From Octopus vulgaris (lineage: Eukaryota), in the NCBI GenBank assembly GCA_951406725.2, contig OX597816.1:66836001-66900000 (forward strand): DNA of 64,000 nucleotides, read 5' to 3'. Positions within the stretch are counted from its first letter, which is position 1, and every line of letters starts with the position of its first letter. The position numbers were made by a program, and so were the translations under genes. Below, in pieces: positions 41,107-53,172 of this stretch. The notes under the pieces are model-generated. The model saw only the letters and a list, made by a program, of their open reading frames with translations. It was not told the origin of the DNA and did no database searches.

Positions 41107-41661
41107 TGCCCTGATGCAGTACCAGACAGTGACTCTCATGGCTTCTGATCTTAACTGATTGGAAGTGTTATCATGTACATTGTTTTGTCTTCGTATAAAA
41201 GATGGGCTACAGCAAATATTCTGCTCAATACCACAGATTTGCTTGTCAGTTGTTTGACCATAACCAGTTGAGCATGTCCCTGAGTGGCTGACGATATGTG
41301 TATCTCTGATCACGAGCAGAAGTGGTGTGTGAGCATCATAGCCATGTGTTGAAAGGAATTCTTGGAGGTTTGAATGATTCACCTCTGGAAACATAGGTCT
41401 TTTGTTCAACATCCTTAAACAACCCTTATTTAGGGACCTTTTGAGCGGTATAGGTTACTTGACCCGAAGAAAATTCTAACTGGGCCCCACTTGCTAAGTC
41501 ATGTGCTGTTTATCTTGATATGAGATCTCCATGTTGCACACATATGGTTGTGATGCATGTGCCTAGTGTACCCTTATCAGACAGGTAGTCGTGATGGGTA
41601 AACTGGGCTTCATATATTTTACCCCAGTGTCATTTTGATGGCAAGCACTGCTCTCTCACTC
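41107..41661. mobile_element. ~555-bp non-coding element flanked by (AAT)n on both sides
   Basis: AAT-rich tract at 40987-41106 and (AAT)n at 41662-41685. Further copies at 21943-22800. Confidence 0.8.
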
Positions 41662-42021
41662 AATAATAATAATAATAATAATAAAATAAAGAAAACACTG
41701 TTCATGTTTATGACAATCCAATCACCAAAGAGCAGCTGCTACATTGATACATTGTTTGATCTTTATATGTTAACTTTTACTTGTTTCAGTCATTGGACTG
41801 TGGCCATGCTGGGGCATCATCTTGTAGGGTTTAGTTGAATGAATCGACCGAAATACTTATTTTTTAAGTCTGGTATTTTATTCTGTAAGACTCTTGCTGA
41901 ACCACTAAGTTACAGGGACATAAACAAACCAACACCAATCGTCATGTGGTGGTGGAAAAGACACACACACACACACACATAGGTATTTACATATATGTAT
42001 ATATACATGTATGTGTGTATT

Positions 42022-42054
<33 letters not shown>

Positions 42055-42082
42055 TAAGCAACAAGGATATCCAAGGTAGTGT

Positions 42083-42118
42083 AGTACAATTGTTTCATGC
42101 TACTTCATTTTATTCAAC
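42083..42118 (-). ncRNA. Degenerate hammerhead-like motif (variant core)
   Basis: Minus strand: TTGAATAAA-atg-aagtag-cat-GAA-ACAATTGT-A. A similar GAAACAATTGTA occurs at 1102-1113. Confidence 0.3.
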
Positions 42119-42453
42119 GCTGTAAAAATGACATCAGTTTGAAAATGTCGAGCAATCTTCAGCCACATATAGAATTTTTTAATTAAACGGACAATGCACA
42201 TTCTTATACTTATTTCATTTGCCAACATTACAAAGAGGGTAGATATATAGACAGAGAGGTTAATTTCATCATTAAGAACATGGTGGTAGCATGTTCTTCT
42301 CCCTCTGTAGATTTAGATTCATCTGAATCTAAATTTTGCTGAACTTATATATATAGTTAATTCAAACACGAACAAAGAGAAAACACAGCAACACGAGAAT
42401 GTAGAACAAGTATAGTGTTCTTGGACGCCCAGGAAAGGAAAGAAATAAGGAGG

Positions 42454-42488
42454 ATTTAATGTTTCGAGTGGAGCTCTTCATCAGAAAT
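42454..42488 (-). ncRNA. Hammerhead-like motif with canonical CUGAUGA in a Penelope-type fragment (42361-42560)
   Basis: Minus strand: attt-CTGATGA-a-gag-ctcca-ctc-GAA-ACAT-T-aaat. The stem III palindrome is broken (ACGT to ACAT). Confidence 0.5.
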
Positions 42489-42579
42489 ATAGAAAAAAAG
42501 AAAGAGTCCAAAGAAGGGAAGACGGAGAAAGAAAATCGCACACGATACACATGTGGCCACATATTGAAATATGTGTGTG

Positions 42580-42996
42580 TTTGAGGCAAGTGAAATCGAA
42601 GTTGAAATCAAACTCGGTGACTGGCATCCGTTGCTAGTGGAGCGCTAAGAGTACCATACGAGTGAGATCGTTGCCAGAGCAAAAAGCTGGCCTTCGTGCC
42701 AATGGCACGTTAAGCACCCCATTTGAGTGTGATCGTTACCGCGTTGCCTTACTAGCACTTGTGCTGGTGGCACGTGAAACATTTGAGCGAGGTTGTTGCC
42801 AGTGCCGCTGGACTGGCTCCTGTGCAGGTGGCACGTAAAAGCACCCACTACACTCTCGGAGTGGTTGGTGTTAGGAAGGGCATCCAACTGTAGAAACACT
42901 GCCAGATCAGACTGGTGTCTGGTTCGCCAGACCTCAGTCAAATCGTCCAACCCATGCTAGCATGGAAAGCAGACGTTAAATGATGATGATGATGAT
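42580..42996 (+). mobile_element. RTE-type 3'UTR (third subfamily)
   Basis: Begins gttgaggcaagtgaaatc and ends in the conserved terminus and GAT tail. Related to 54923-55515. Confidence 0.82.
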
Positions 42997-43439
42997 CTGT
43001 ATATGATGGGCTTCTTTCATTTTCTGTCCACCAAATCCACTCAAAAGGCTTGGGACTATAGAAGAAGACATTTACCCAAGGTTCCATGCAGCAGGACTGA
43101 ATCCACAACCATATGTTTGGGAAGTAAACTAGTTACCACATAGCCATGCCTGTACCTATAAAAAATGTGCCAATCATCAGATGCTGAATCCTATGATCAA
43201 ACCTGGCACCTTTAGTTCTTCAGACTAATGTTTTCCCAACTGTGCTATTTCAGCTCTTCATAACTGAAATAAAATCTCATTCAAATTCCACCCTACTGTT
43301 TTAATGAATGATATTGCACATTGTTATATTGTAGTTTTCAATATACTTTGGTTGAAGGGCACTGAATAATACAGCCATAGATGTACTGTGATTGAAGGAC
43401 TTCTGAAGCAAGTCTTGAATAATATAGACTGATATATAC

Positions 43440-43575
43440 TAAGTCTGAAAGACACATTGGATAATGTAGTCCAAGAAACACTGTGCTTAAATGACAAATT
43501 GGATAATGTAGTCCTAAGTACACTGTGTTTAAAAGGCACATTGGATAATGTTGTCCAAGATACACTTTAAAGAAA
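43440..43575. repeat. ~41-bp tandem repeat (cacattggataatgtagtcc...), with inverted relatives at 44236-44340
   Basis: Direct reading. Confidence 0.7.
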
Positions 43576-43651
43576 GACTGGGCAGCATAGTTGAAAGACT
43601 ATTGTTCCTGGGTTTACTCTGCTTGATCAGAGGTGAGTTAGCACTACTACT

Positions 43652-44022
43652 GCTTGTTTGTTGAGTGAAGTGGTCTTTGTCCTGTAGTGGGAGAAGTCCG
43701 AAACGTGGTCCTTTGCTATTTGTAAGACCCACAGAAGAGAAAGCAGGTCAATCCTCGACACCGAGAGCATCGACGGATGGATGGATGTGCATTCAGGCTC
43801 AGCGGTTGCGTAGGAAGTCGGGGACAAGAAACAGGAAGAAAGAGTGAGAGAAAGTTGGAGCGAAAGAGTACAACAGGGGTCACCACCACCCGCTGCCGGA
43901 GCCTAGTGGAGCTTTAGGTGTTTTTGCTCGATAAACACACACAACGCCTGGTCTGGGAATCGAAACCGCGATCCTCTGACCGCGAGTCCGCTGCCCTAAC
44001 CATTGGGCCATTGCGCCTCCAC
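43652..44022 (-). mobile_element. tRNA-derived SINE family B, full length
   Basis: Minus-strand head gtggaggcgcaatggcccaatggttagggcagcggactcgcggtc...ggtttcgattccc. Confidence 0.88.
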
Positions 44023-44439
44023 TTGCTGCTGCTACTGCTGTTGCTGCTACTACTACTGCTGCTGCTGCTGCTGCTACTACTACTACTATAATAAGGAATG
44101 ACACATTTGATAATGTATTCTTAGACATAACATTGGGAAAACTAAATGTGGTTGATGAATTTAGCACGAACATCTTTGATCATAGCAGCAATGGTTTACA
44201 TTGAAATAGAAAAGAACAGAATAAGCAGGAACTCGTATATCTAGGACTACATTATAACAATGTGTTTTTTCAGGTTTAGGATATCTTGGACTACATTATA
44301 ACAATGTGCCTTCAGACATTTATTATAATGTAGTCCTATTAGACTTAGGTTGTCATTGATGTTGTTTAACAGGTCAGCCCCAATGAAGTGAACTTATAAT
44401 CGAAAGATTTCCATTCATGACCATTCCATCTATTTGCAT

Positions 44440-44790
44440 TCTTTTATTTGTTTTAGTCATTTGACTGCAGCACCGCCTTTAGTCGAACAAATCGACCGCA
44501 GGACTTATTCTTTGTAAGCCTAGTACTTATTCTATCGGTCTCTTTTGCTGAACCACTAAGTTACGGTGACGTAAACACACCAGTCAAGCGATGGTGAGGA
44601 GATAAACACAGACACACAAACATACGACGGGCTTCTTTCAGTTTCTGTCTACCAAATTCACTCACAAAGCTTTGGTCAACCCGAGGCTATAATAGAAGAC
44701 ACACGCTCAAGGTGCCATGCAGTGGAACTGAACCCAGAACCATGTGATTGGCAAGCAAGCTCTTTACCACACAGCCGCTCCTGCACCTAT
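44440..44790 (-). mobile_element. SINE family A
   Basis: Homology to the other family A copies. Confidence 0.85.
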
Positions 44791-44981
44791 TCAACTGCAC
44801 ATCTGTAAGACATTATTAAATGTGTCTTCCCATTTTCGAAGACAGTAGAATATGGTTTTGACTGAAGGTAGCACTGACGGATAGAATAGATACTTCTTTT
44901 AATATGTAACTTATCACAATTGTGATGGTGCTTCATTGGCAAGACATTCGACGGTTGAATTATACAAATAGATACAAATAG

Positions 44982-46407
44982 CTACAGGGGTATCAAGCTG
45001 CTGGATCAGGTAATGAAGGTTACGGAGAGGGTTATAGCCCAACTAATTAGAGAGAGAGTTAGCCTAGATCAGATGCAGTTTGGATTCGTGCCAGGGAAAA
45101 GTACTACTGATGCTATTTTCATGGTAAGACAGCTGCAAGAGAAATACCTAGCCAAAGACAAGCCCCTATACCTGGCTTTTGTTGATATGGAGAAAGCCTT
45201 CGACAGGGTCCCCCGATCCCTCATCTGGTGGTCAATGAGGAAACTAGGGATAGATGAATGGTTAGTGAAAGCTGTACAAGCCATGTACAGAGACGCTGCT
45301 AGTAAGGTGAGGGTTGGCACCGAGTACAGTGAAGAATTCAGGGTAGAGGTTGGGGTCCACCAAGGTTCAGTCCTCAGTCCCCTCCTATTTATCATAGTCC
45401 TCCAGGCAATAACGGAGGAATTCAAGACAGGATGCCCCTGGGAGCTCCTCTATGCTGATGACCTTGCTCTAATTGCTGAGTCTCTATCAGAACTAGAGGA
45501 GAAGTTTAAGGTATGGTAACAAGGTTTAGAACCGAAGGGCCTTAGAATCAACCTAGCCAAAACCAAAGTCCTAATAAGTAGGAAGGTAGACCAATCACAA
45601 ACGTCTTCAGGTAGATGGCCCTGCTCGATCTGTAGAAAAGGTGTAGGTAGAAACTCTATAAGATGCACCAAGTGTAAGCTATGGACACATAAGAGGTGAA
45701 GCAATGTCAAAGGAAGGCTAACTAGGAAGATGGTTTTTGTATGTGGCAGATGCTCAGGAACAATTAACACTGAAAATGCTCTGAGACCAACTTCCGTCAC
45801 TTTCCAGGGAGAAAAGCTAGAAGTAGTTGATAGTTTCCGTTACCTAGGTGACCAAGTCAGTAGCGGGGGCGGGTGCGCTGAAAGTATAACTGCTAGAGTA
45901 AGAATAGCCTGGGCAAAGTTTAGAGAGCTCTTACCCCTGCTGGTGACAAAAGGCCTCTCGCTCAAAGTAAAAGGCAGACTGTATGATGCACGTGTACGTA
46001 CAGCCATGCTACATGGTAGTGAAACTTGGGCTGTGACTGCTGAGGATTTGCGTAAGCTCGCAAGAAATGAAGCTAGTATGCTCCGATGGATGTGTAACGT
46101 CAGTGTTCATAATCGACAGAGTGTAAGTACCTTGAGAGAAAAGTTGAACCTAAGAAGCATCAGTTGTTGTGTGCAAGAGAGACGTATGCACTGGTATGGT
46201 CATGTGATGAGAATGGCTGAAGATAGTTGTGTGCGAAAGTGCCACACCCTGGCAGTTGAGGGGACCTGTGGAAGAGGTAGACCCAGGAAAACCTGGGTCG
46301 AGGCGGTGAAGCACGACCTTCGAACATTAGGTCTCACCAAGGAAATGACCAGTGACCGAGACCTTTGGAGGTATGCTGTGCGTGAGAAAACCCGGCAAGA
46401 CCAGTGA
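44982..46407 (+). pseudogene. RTE reverse transcriptase with intact YADD but in-frame stops at 45517 and 45697
   Basis: YRGIKLLDQVMKV...YADDL. ORFs 45013-45519 and 45730-46407 are in one frame and colinear with 1269-2600. Confidence 0.93.
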
Positions 46408-46454
46408 GAACAGTCAAAATCAAGATCAAACCAAATTGAGGTCGATCAACATCA

Positions 46455-47160
46455 GGGCCCCCGTGCAGGTGACACGTAAAAGTACCATCCGTTCGTAGCC
46501 GTTTGCCAGCCCTGTCTGGCCCCCGTGTCGGTGGCATGTAAAAGCACCATCCGTTCGTGTTCGTTGCCAGCCTGGCCTGGCCCCCGTGCCGGTGACACGT
46601 AAAAGCACCATCCGTTTGTGGCCGTTTGCCAGCTCTGTCTGGCCCCCGTGCCGGTGACACGTAAAAGCACCATCCGTTCGTGGCCGTTTGCCAGCCCTGT
46701 CTGGCCCCCATGTCGGTGACATGTAAAAGCACCATCCGTTCGTGTCCGTTTGCCAGCCCTGTCTGGCCCCCATGTCGGTGACATGTAAAAGCACCATCCG
46801 TTCGTGTCCGTTGCCAGCCTCGCCTGGCCCCCGTGCCGGTGACACGTAAAAGCACCATCCGTTCGTGGCCGTTTGCCAGCCCTGTCTGGCCCCCGTGTCG
46901 GTGGCATGTAAAAGCACCATCCGTTCGTGCCCGTTGCCAGCCTCGCCTAGCCCCCGTGCCAGTGACACGTAAAAGCACCATCCATTTCGTGGCCATTTGC
47001 CAGCTCTGTCTGGCCCCCGTGTTGGTGGCACGTAAAAGCACCATCCGTTCGTGTCCGTTGCCAGCCTCGCCTGGCCCCGTGCCGGTGACACGTAAAAGCA
47101 CCATCCGTTCGTGGCCGTTTGCCAGCTCTGTCTGGCACCTGTGCAGGTGGCACGTAAAAA
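46455..47160 (+). repeat. Tandem array of 11 units of 60-63 bp in the LINE 3'UTR
   Basis: aaaagcaccatccgttcgt-like starts at 46478, 46540, 46601, 46663, 46725, 46787, 46848, 46910, 46971, 47034 and 47094. Confidence 0.95.
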
Positions 47161-47361
47161 GCACCCACTACACTCACGGAGTGGTTGGCGTTAGGAAGGG
47201 CATCCAGCCGTAGAAACACTGCCAGATCTGACTGGGCCTGATGAAGCCTTCCAGCTTCACAGACCCCAGTTGAACCGTCCAACCCATGCTAGCATGGAGA
47301 ACGGACGCTAAATGATGATGATGATGATGATGATATATATATATATATATATACATATATA

Positions 47362-47527
47362 TACGACGGGCTTCTTTCGGTTTCCATCTACCAAATCCAC
47401 TCACAAGGTTTTGGTTGGTCTGAGACTATAGTAGAAGACACTTGCCCAAGGTGCCACGCAGTGGGACTGAACACGGTATCCATGTGGTTGGTAAGCAAGC
47501 TACTTACCACACAGCCACTCCTACGCT
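47362..47527 (-). mobile_element. SINE family A head
   Basis: Homology to the other family A copies. Confidence 0.85.
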
Positions 47528-48281
47528 TGTAAATATCATGTGCAATTCATGCTATTAGCTACCATTCTGCTTAACATGAATTTTGCTCAGTTTACAAAAT
47601 AAATGCACAGTTATCAATTTGCAGACACCCTTTGTGTCTGATGGCTTTTGGTGTTAAGCATTCTGTAGATGTTTTTTAGATTATTTCAGCCCAACATGTT
47701 GGTGTAAGACAGAAAATGACATAACTGGGATATTCAACCTAGCATTACCACGACCAAGATTTTTGTTACATATTTGAAACTGAAACCAAGGCAAAATATT
47801 TTAAATATGCAACAAGAGTACAATGCTAACGATGATTAATATAGTTAATTTATCAAGTGTCAAAATAAAAAAAAATTAGAGTCTATGAGTAAAGAAAATG
47901 TTAGCCAATTCAGCCATATGGAAACTGATATTAAATACTACAATTCACTCATGCGAAGACACATGTTGCATAAAGCATACCACCTAAATAAATTGTTTTG
48001 TTTGTTGTTTGTTCCTTCTCGAGCCATGCCTGGCTCATAGGGCCAGTTTCCCGGTTTCCTTGGCTTATAGGTTCCCCACAAGGAATTTATTCAAATGTCC
48101 TAACAGGTTCACCAATCCACAGCCTTGGATTTACCTTTTTTACACTGTCCTCAACCCACAAAAAGAATTATAAAAAGCAAAGTTGACCTCAGCAGAATTT
48201 TAACTCAGGGAGGTAAGTTTCTATTAGTGGTGCAAGGGAGGCAACCACCTAGAGAGAAATAATCTGGAAAAGTAAATCTCT

Positions 48282-48480
48282 ATATTCTGTTGTGTCTGGG
48301 GAGAGTAATTTTCTTTTTGTGCCTTATTATGTAACACACTCACCGGTAAAATTTCCACTTTTTTTTTTTTTTTTTCTTGTCCTAAAATTAAAAATAAGAA
48401 AAAAGTGAAATTTTACTGGTGAGTGTGTTAAATGATAAGGCACAAAAAGAAAATGACTCTCCCCAGACACAACAGAATAT
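48282..48480. repeat. Long inverted repeat (~85-bp arms), MITE/foldback-like
   Basis: atattctgttgtgtctggggagagt...ggtaaaatttccac / gtgaaattttactgg...actctccccagacacaacagaatat. Confidence 0.88.
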
Positions 48481-48500
48481 GCTTCAACACACGATATAAA

Positions 48501-48895
48501 TCTCTCTCTATATAAAGCTGAAGTTGTCTGTGTATGGCAGGTTTGGTAGCCTTCAACTAATACTATCTCCTCCGAGACCCTGCGGCGCAAGTTGACCAAA
48601 ATTGAGAGTATGATAGAAGAAGGCTTGCTCTTCCTTCCGTAGAAGAAAAAAAATTCAAATTGGACCATGTTAGCACCAAAAATTATTTACATCAAAAAGG
48701 TGCTTTTTTTCTATGAAAATCCCTATTTTTTTTACGATTTTTTGACTGCTGTGTCACCATTTTTCGGTGTATTTCAACCAGAAAATGTTCACTTAAAGAG
48801 AATAACAAGCTACATAGTGCAAAATTTTTACCTTCCAAAAATTCCAATTCTAAAGGGTCGAAACAAACCCGAGCAATGCCGGGCGATACTGCTAG
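48501..48895 (+). mobile_element. Non-autonomous Helitron (different body, same 3' end as the 18131 family)
   Basis: A|TC...aaacccgagcaatgccgggcgatactgCTAG|T. Confidence 0.82.
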
Positions 48896-48939
48896 TAATG
48901 AAAAAAGGGAGAAAGACGGATCGTTGTTTGTGCATATCA

Positions 48940-49520
48940 ATAGTGAGAAAAGAATTTAGTAAATTTTCAGATTAACACCCGCATGATTTTCACTAAAAAA
49001 AAACTCGGATTTTTTGCGTATAATCAAGCACCCTGACCTCGTAATATGCTGCAAATCCCATATTTTGGTCCGGAAGGGAGGAGGGGGAACCCCCCGGAAA
49101 TTTCACAAAGAAAAAAAAACCCGTATATTTTTGGGTGGAATCAAGTACACTGACCTCGCAATATGCTGCAAATCCCATATCTTGGTTCGGAAGCCCCCCC
49201 CCCCCAAGTACCCTGATCTCCTAATATGCTAAAAAAATCGGATTTTTTGGCGTGGAATTAAGTACTCTGACCTCCTAATATGCTGCAAATCCCTTATTTT
49301 GGTTCGGAAAAGAGGGGGGAAAAAGGGGGAAACCCCACCCCGTCTCGGAATCATTGGAAATTTTTTTTTTGTTGAATGAATTCCTGACATCCTATTTTTG
49401 CGGTCCGAAAAACGGGTTGGGGTGAGGTGGAAGCCTCGGAAATTTTACCCACTCCCAACATTTTACGGAAATAAAATTTCCAGGGTGTGAATTACATGGT
49501 TCGTTACTAAATATATATAA
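48940..49520. mobile_element. Unclassified element with three internal repeats spaced ~115-120 bp apart
   Basis: ...tcaagtaccctgacctc.taatatgctgcaaatcccatattttggt.cggaa at ~49005, ~49121 and ~49238. Confidence 0.55.
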
Positions 49521-49594
49521 TATTGTGCATATTTGGTGTATATATATATATATATATACATACAATAGCGTGTGTGTAGACAGGTAAAATGTAG

Positions 49595-49634
<40 letters not shown>

Positions 49635-49710
49635 TCCATTATTATTCCATTGGTTTTTGACTGCTATTTCTAATTTTTTGGCATGTGGCTAAGCAATCTG
49701 TTGCTTGCCC

Positions 49711-49768
<58 letters not shown>

Positions 49769-50826
49769 CTTGGGCAAGACTTCCTTTTGTACCCTCCAAA
49801 CACCCACTTTTATTTATTTATTTTTTCGACATAAACCCCCGTTTTCGGTTACGGCGAATACGAATTTGCTAGGGTTTGAGGGTTAGGTTTAGGGTTTTAG
49901 GGATAGGGAAAATATCAAAAATGAATGGTGGTGGTGGTGGTGCAAATTTCAAAATGTCAATTTTTGGCAAAAACAAAGGATCTTTTCCTTTTGAACGGCA
50001 GTTTTCAACACAATTTCTAGTTAACTAAACACTTTTAAACTTCGTATACTGGTAGAATGTGTTTAAAAAACATCATTTCTTCGTGGCTTTATTGAGAAAA
50101 TTCTATATGTTGTAACATATTTCGACTTTAATTTCGAGCATTTCGGCAATTTTAACCAATCGCTGATCCAAAACAAAAATAAAAATAAAAAATTTGGGAG
50201 GAAATATTTCCAATAGCGTGTATGTGTAAGTATGTAGACAGGTAAAAATTTACTTACCTCTTTGCTGTTAAAAAAATGGATCAATTCTCAACAAAATACA
50301 CTCTAAGCTAGCTAGTTCCGTCGAGTTTTGTACCAGTGTTTTACGAAAAAGCAAAACCAAAACCAAACTTTCGCGCCCAAATTAATTTTGTGTGGGAGAG
50401 GGCGGGGGAAGACAGCAGAGCGATGTCTCATTCTCTATTATATATATATTGAACCATTTCTTAAACATACATGATATAGTCTATAAATTTAGGATGTTTT
50501 TGAAAGATAATATATTTTATCATCAGAATATATATACTTTCTCACACAACAATTGAGATATATTTATTTTAAATCGTTCATCTTTCTCCTCCAACCCCAC
50601 CCTCACACGCAAAAATTAGTTTGGGCGCGGAAGATTTTTGTCTTTATTTTTTCTTAAAATGCTGGTATGAAGCTGTAAAACTTTGAGAGAGAGAGAGACA
50701 GACAGACAGACGGAGAGAGAGAGAGAGAGAGAGAAAGAGAGACAATGAGAGAGAGAGAGAAAGAGAGTGTTGAGAGAGATCAGAAACAAAAATAAGAACG
50801 CGACATTATTATCTATAAATGATAAA

Positions 50827-51205
50827 TAGGCGTAGGAGTGGCTGTGTGGTAAGTAGCTTGCTTACCAACCACATGGTTCCAGGTTCAGTCCCATTGCGTG
50901 GCACCTTGGGCCAGTGTCTTCTACTATAGCCTCGGGCCGACCAAAGCCATGCGAGTGGATTTGGTAGACGGAAATTGAGAGAAGCCCATCGTATATGTGT
51001 GTGTCTGTGTTTGTCCTCCCCCCACTATCGCTTGACAGCTGAGTTTGGTGTGTTTATGTCCCTGTAACTTAGCAGTTCAGCAAAAGAGACCAATAGAATA
51101 AGTTCTAGGCTTACAAAGAATAAGTCCTGAGGTCGATTTGTTCGACTAAAGGTGGTGCTCCATCATGGCCGCAGTCAAATGATTGAAACAAGTAAAAGAA
51201 TAATA
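50827..51205 (+). mobile_element. SINE family A, full length
   Basis: Head, body and tail. Confidence 0.9.
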
Positions 51206-51422
51206 GAGAGTACATATATATTGTAACTCAAGCTACTAAATATCAGCTATCCAATATCAGGCGTGAGCCAGTTTTTTCATAGAGAAAAGTTATGGCGTAC
51301 TGAATCAGACTTCAAATGACCTTTTTAAACCAACTACCTTATTAAAATTCAAAGTCACTGAGTCTCAAAATAGCCATAAAGCATCCAGTCCAATGCTTAA
51401 CCATGAATATCAACTCTAGAAT

Positions 51423-51825
51423 TACTCTTTTACTTGTTTCAGTCATTTCACTGTGGCCATGCAGGAGCACCGCCTTTAAGTCGAGCAAATCGACCCCAGG
51501 AATTATTCTTTGTATGCCTAGAACTTATTCTATCGGCCTCTTTTACCGAACCGCTAAGTTACGGGGACGTAAACACACCAGCATCGGTTGTCAAGCGATG
51601 TTGGGGGAACAAACACAGACACACAAACATACACAAACACATATAAACATATACATATATACGCCGGGCTTCTTTCAGTTTCCGTCTACCAAATCCACTC
51701 ACAAGGCTGTGGTCGACCCGAGGCTATAGTAGAAGACACTTGCCCAAGGTGGCGCGCAGTGGGACTGAACCTGGAACCATGGGGTTGGTAAGCAATCTAC
51801 TTACCACGCAGTCACTCCAACTCCT
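51423..51825 (-). mobile_element. SINE family A, full length
   Basis: Reverse-complement homology. Confidence 0.9.
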
Positions 51826-52216
51826 AAATTGCCCGTTTATTGTCATGTAAGTGAAATTTGTGGAATTAAAGACTTGAACTAGTGTTTCATCATCAATCAG
51901 TGGTCCAAAAAACCTTAAAATGTCGGCTAATATACTTGTGAACGAATTCTTGTTCCATGAAACTAGTATTTTACATAATATAGGTGATGGAAGGGTCACC
52001 AAACTTGTTATTTCAATATGTGCTAGCGCTTTTTAGGAAATAGGGTATGATTTGAGAGAAATTTGGTTGCTCTGTCTAGCAGATCGAATGACCTCATGCA
52101 TGCCCTTTTATTGGCTTTAGATTTTCCAGGGGAGGCATTGATTTTTGTGCGAAACGGCATCCTTCTGATGATAGAGTTTGATGATAGAGTTGCCTCCCTT
52201 TGATTAATGCTGAATA

Positions 52217-52218
52217 TA

Positions 52219-52273
<55 letters not shown>

Positions 52274-52640
52274 TGTGTACAGTGCTCAGGTGCACTACAA
52301 CTCATCTAAAGTGTATATATAATCAGGTGTAGTTTCGGCGGATTTCGGAAAGCATGAGGGCCTTAAAAGATGCAGTGTCATGGCAGTCAACAACTGACGC
52401 AGGCAGTTTAGAACTTCTGGTATACAGTGCTTTAGGCGCGCTACAACTCATCAGTAAAAGTAAACCCCAAACCGCATGAACAGTACATAAAATATGCACA
52501 GGAAGTGAACAGGGAAAGTCTTACAAAAAAAAAAGAAAGAAAGAAAAAAGGAAGTAGAAGAAGTAACAGACGTTGGTTGAGGGCATCAGGTGTATTGTTA
52601 GCAAATTTCAAGAAAGTTGGAAGTTTTGAAGGATGTAGTG
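52217..52640 (-). mobile_element. CR1/L2-type LINE 3' end with (ATT)n tail, partly duplicated
   Basis: Reverse complement of the 54640-54870 terminus (gttgtagtgcacctgagcactgtacacaattattatt). Confidence 0.6.
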
Positions 52641-52659
52641 TAGTTACTTCTATATCATA

Positions 52660-53172
52660 CTAGCAGTATCGCCCGGCGTTGCTCGGGTTTGTAAGGGAAA
52701 TAACTATATAAGCATTTTTAGAGAGTTACTTCCCTTATAGATGCCAATTCGGGCTTTCTTAGCCATTTCTGTTTTGGTGTCTTCAAGCCATGAAGTCGTT
52801 GTTCTAAAAGAACGCTGGTCTCCTTGACAACGCTTTACGACGTTGATTTCCTTACACTCCCTTCCCCACAGCTTCACGAGGGAGGGAAGAAGGGGGAGAA
52901 GCAAACAGGTGCAGATGTGAGCGTGGACGCCAACTCCGCCGCCATCAACACACGAAAAATTATGCATTAAAATGGAATAAAAAATGATGTTAAATTATTT
53001 TTAAAATCGTAGACTCATCGTAGACGCGCGCTAATAGCCAGACGGGCTCGATATGAATCACGACTATAAGATACCCGAATTTGGTTAAACTGCACCGCAA
53101 AATGTGGGAGTAGTTAGGAATCTAAATCGAAGGGGACAGACACTCACACAACTACAGTTTTATATATATAGA
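52660..53172 (-). mobile_element. Non-autonomous Helitron (copy of 18131-18647)
   Basis: TC 5' end, hairpin plus CTAG 3' end, A|T insertion. Confidence 0.87.

Larger units (their letters stand above)
44982..47333 (+). mobile_element. RTE LINE, 5'-truncated, with an expanded 3'UTR array
   Basis: RT coding region, an 11-unit array, the terminal hairpin and a GAT tail. Confidence 0.95.

Noticed and set aside
43950-44022. Possible tRNA gene (also other A/B-box heads)
   Set aside because: Continues into a multi-copy SINE body and tail; no convincing acceptor stem or terminator.
46455-47160. CRISPR-like repeat array
   Set aside because: Units are similar along their whole length with no unique spacers, there are no cas genes, and the array is part of a eukaryotic LINE 3'UTR.
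46334-47282. Long ORFs across the array and other LINE UTRs
   Set aside because: By-products of stop-poor tandem repeats; no recognisable domain.
49869-49908. Telomere or interstitial telomeric array
   Set aside because: Only a few degenerate units inside a repeat element.
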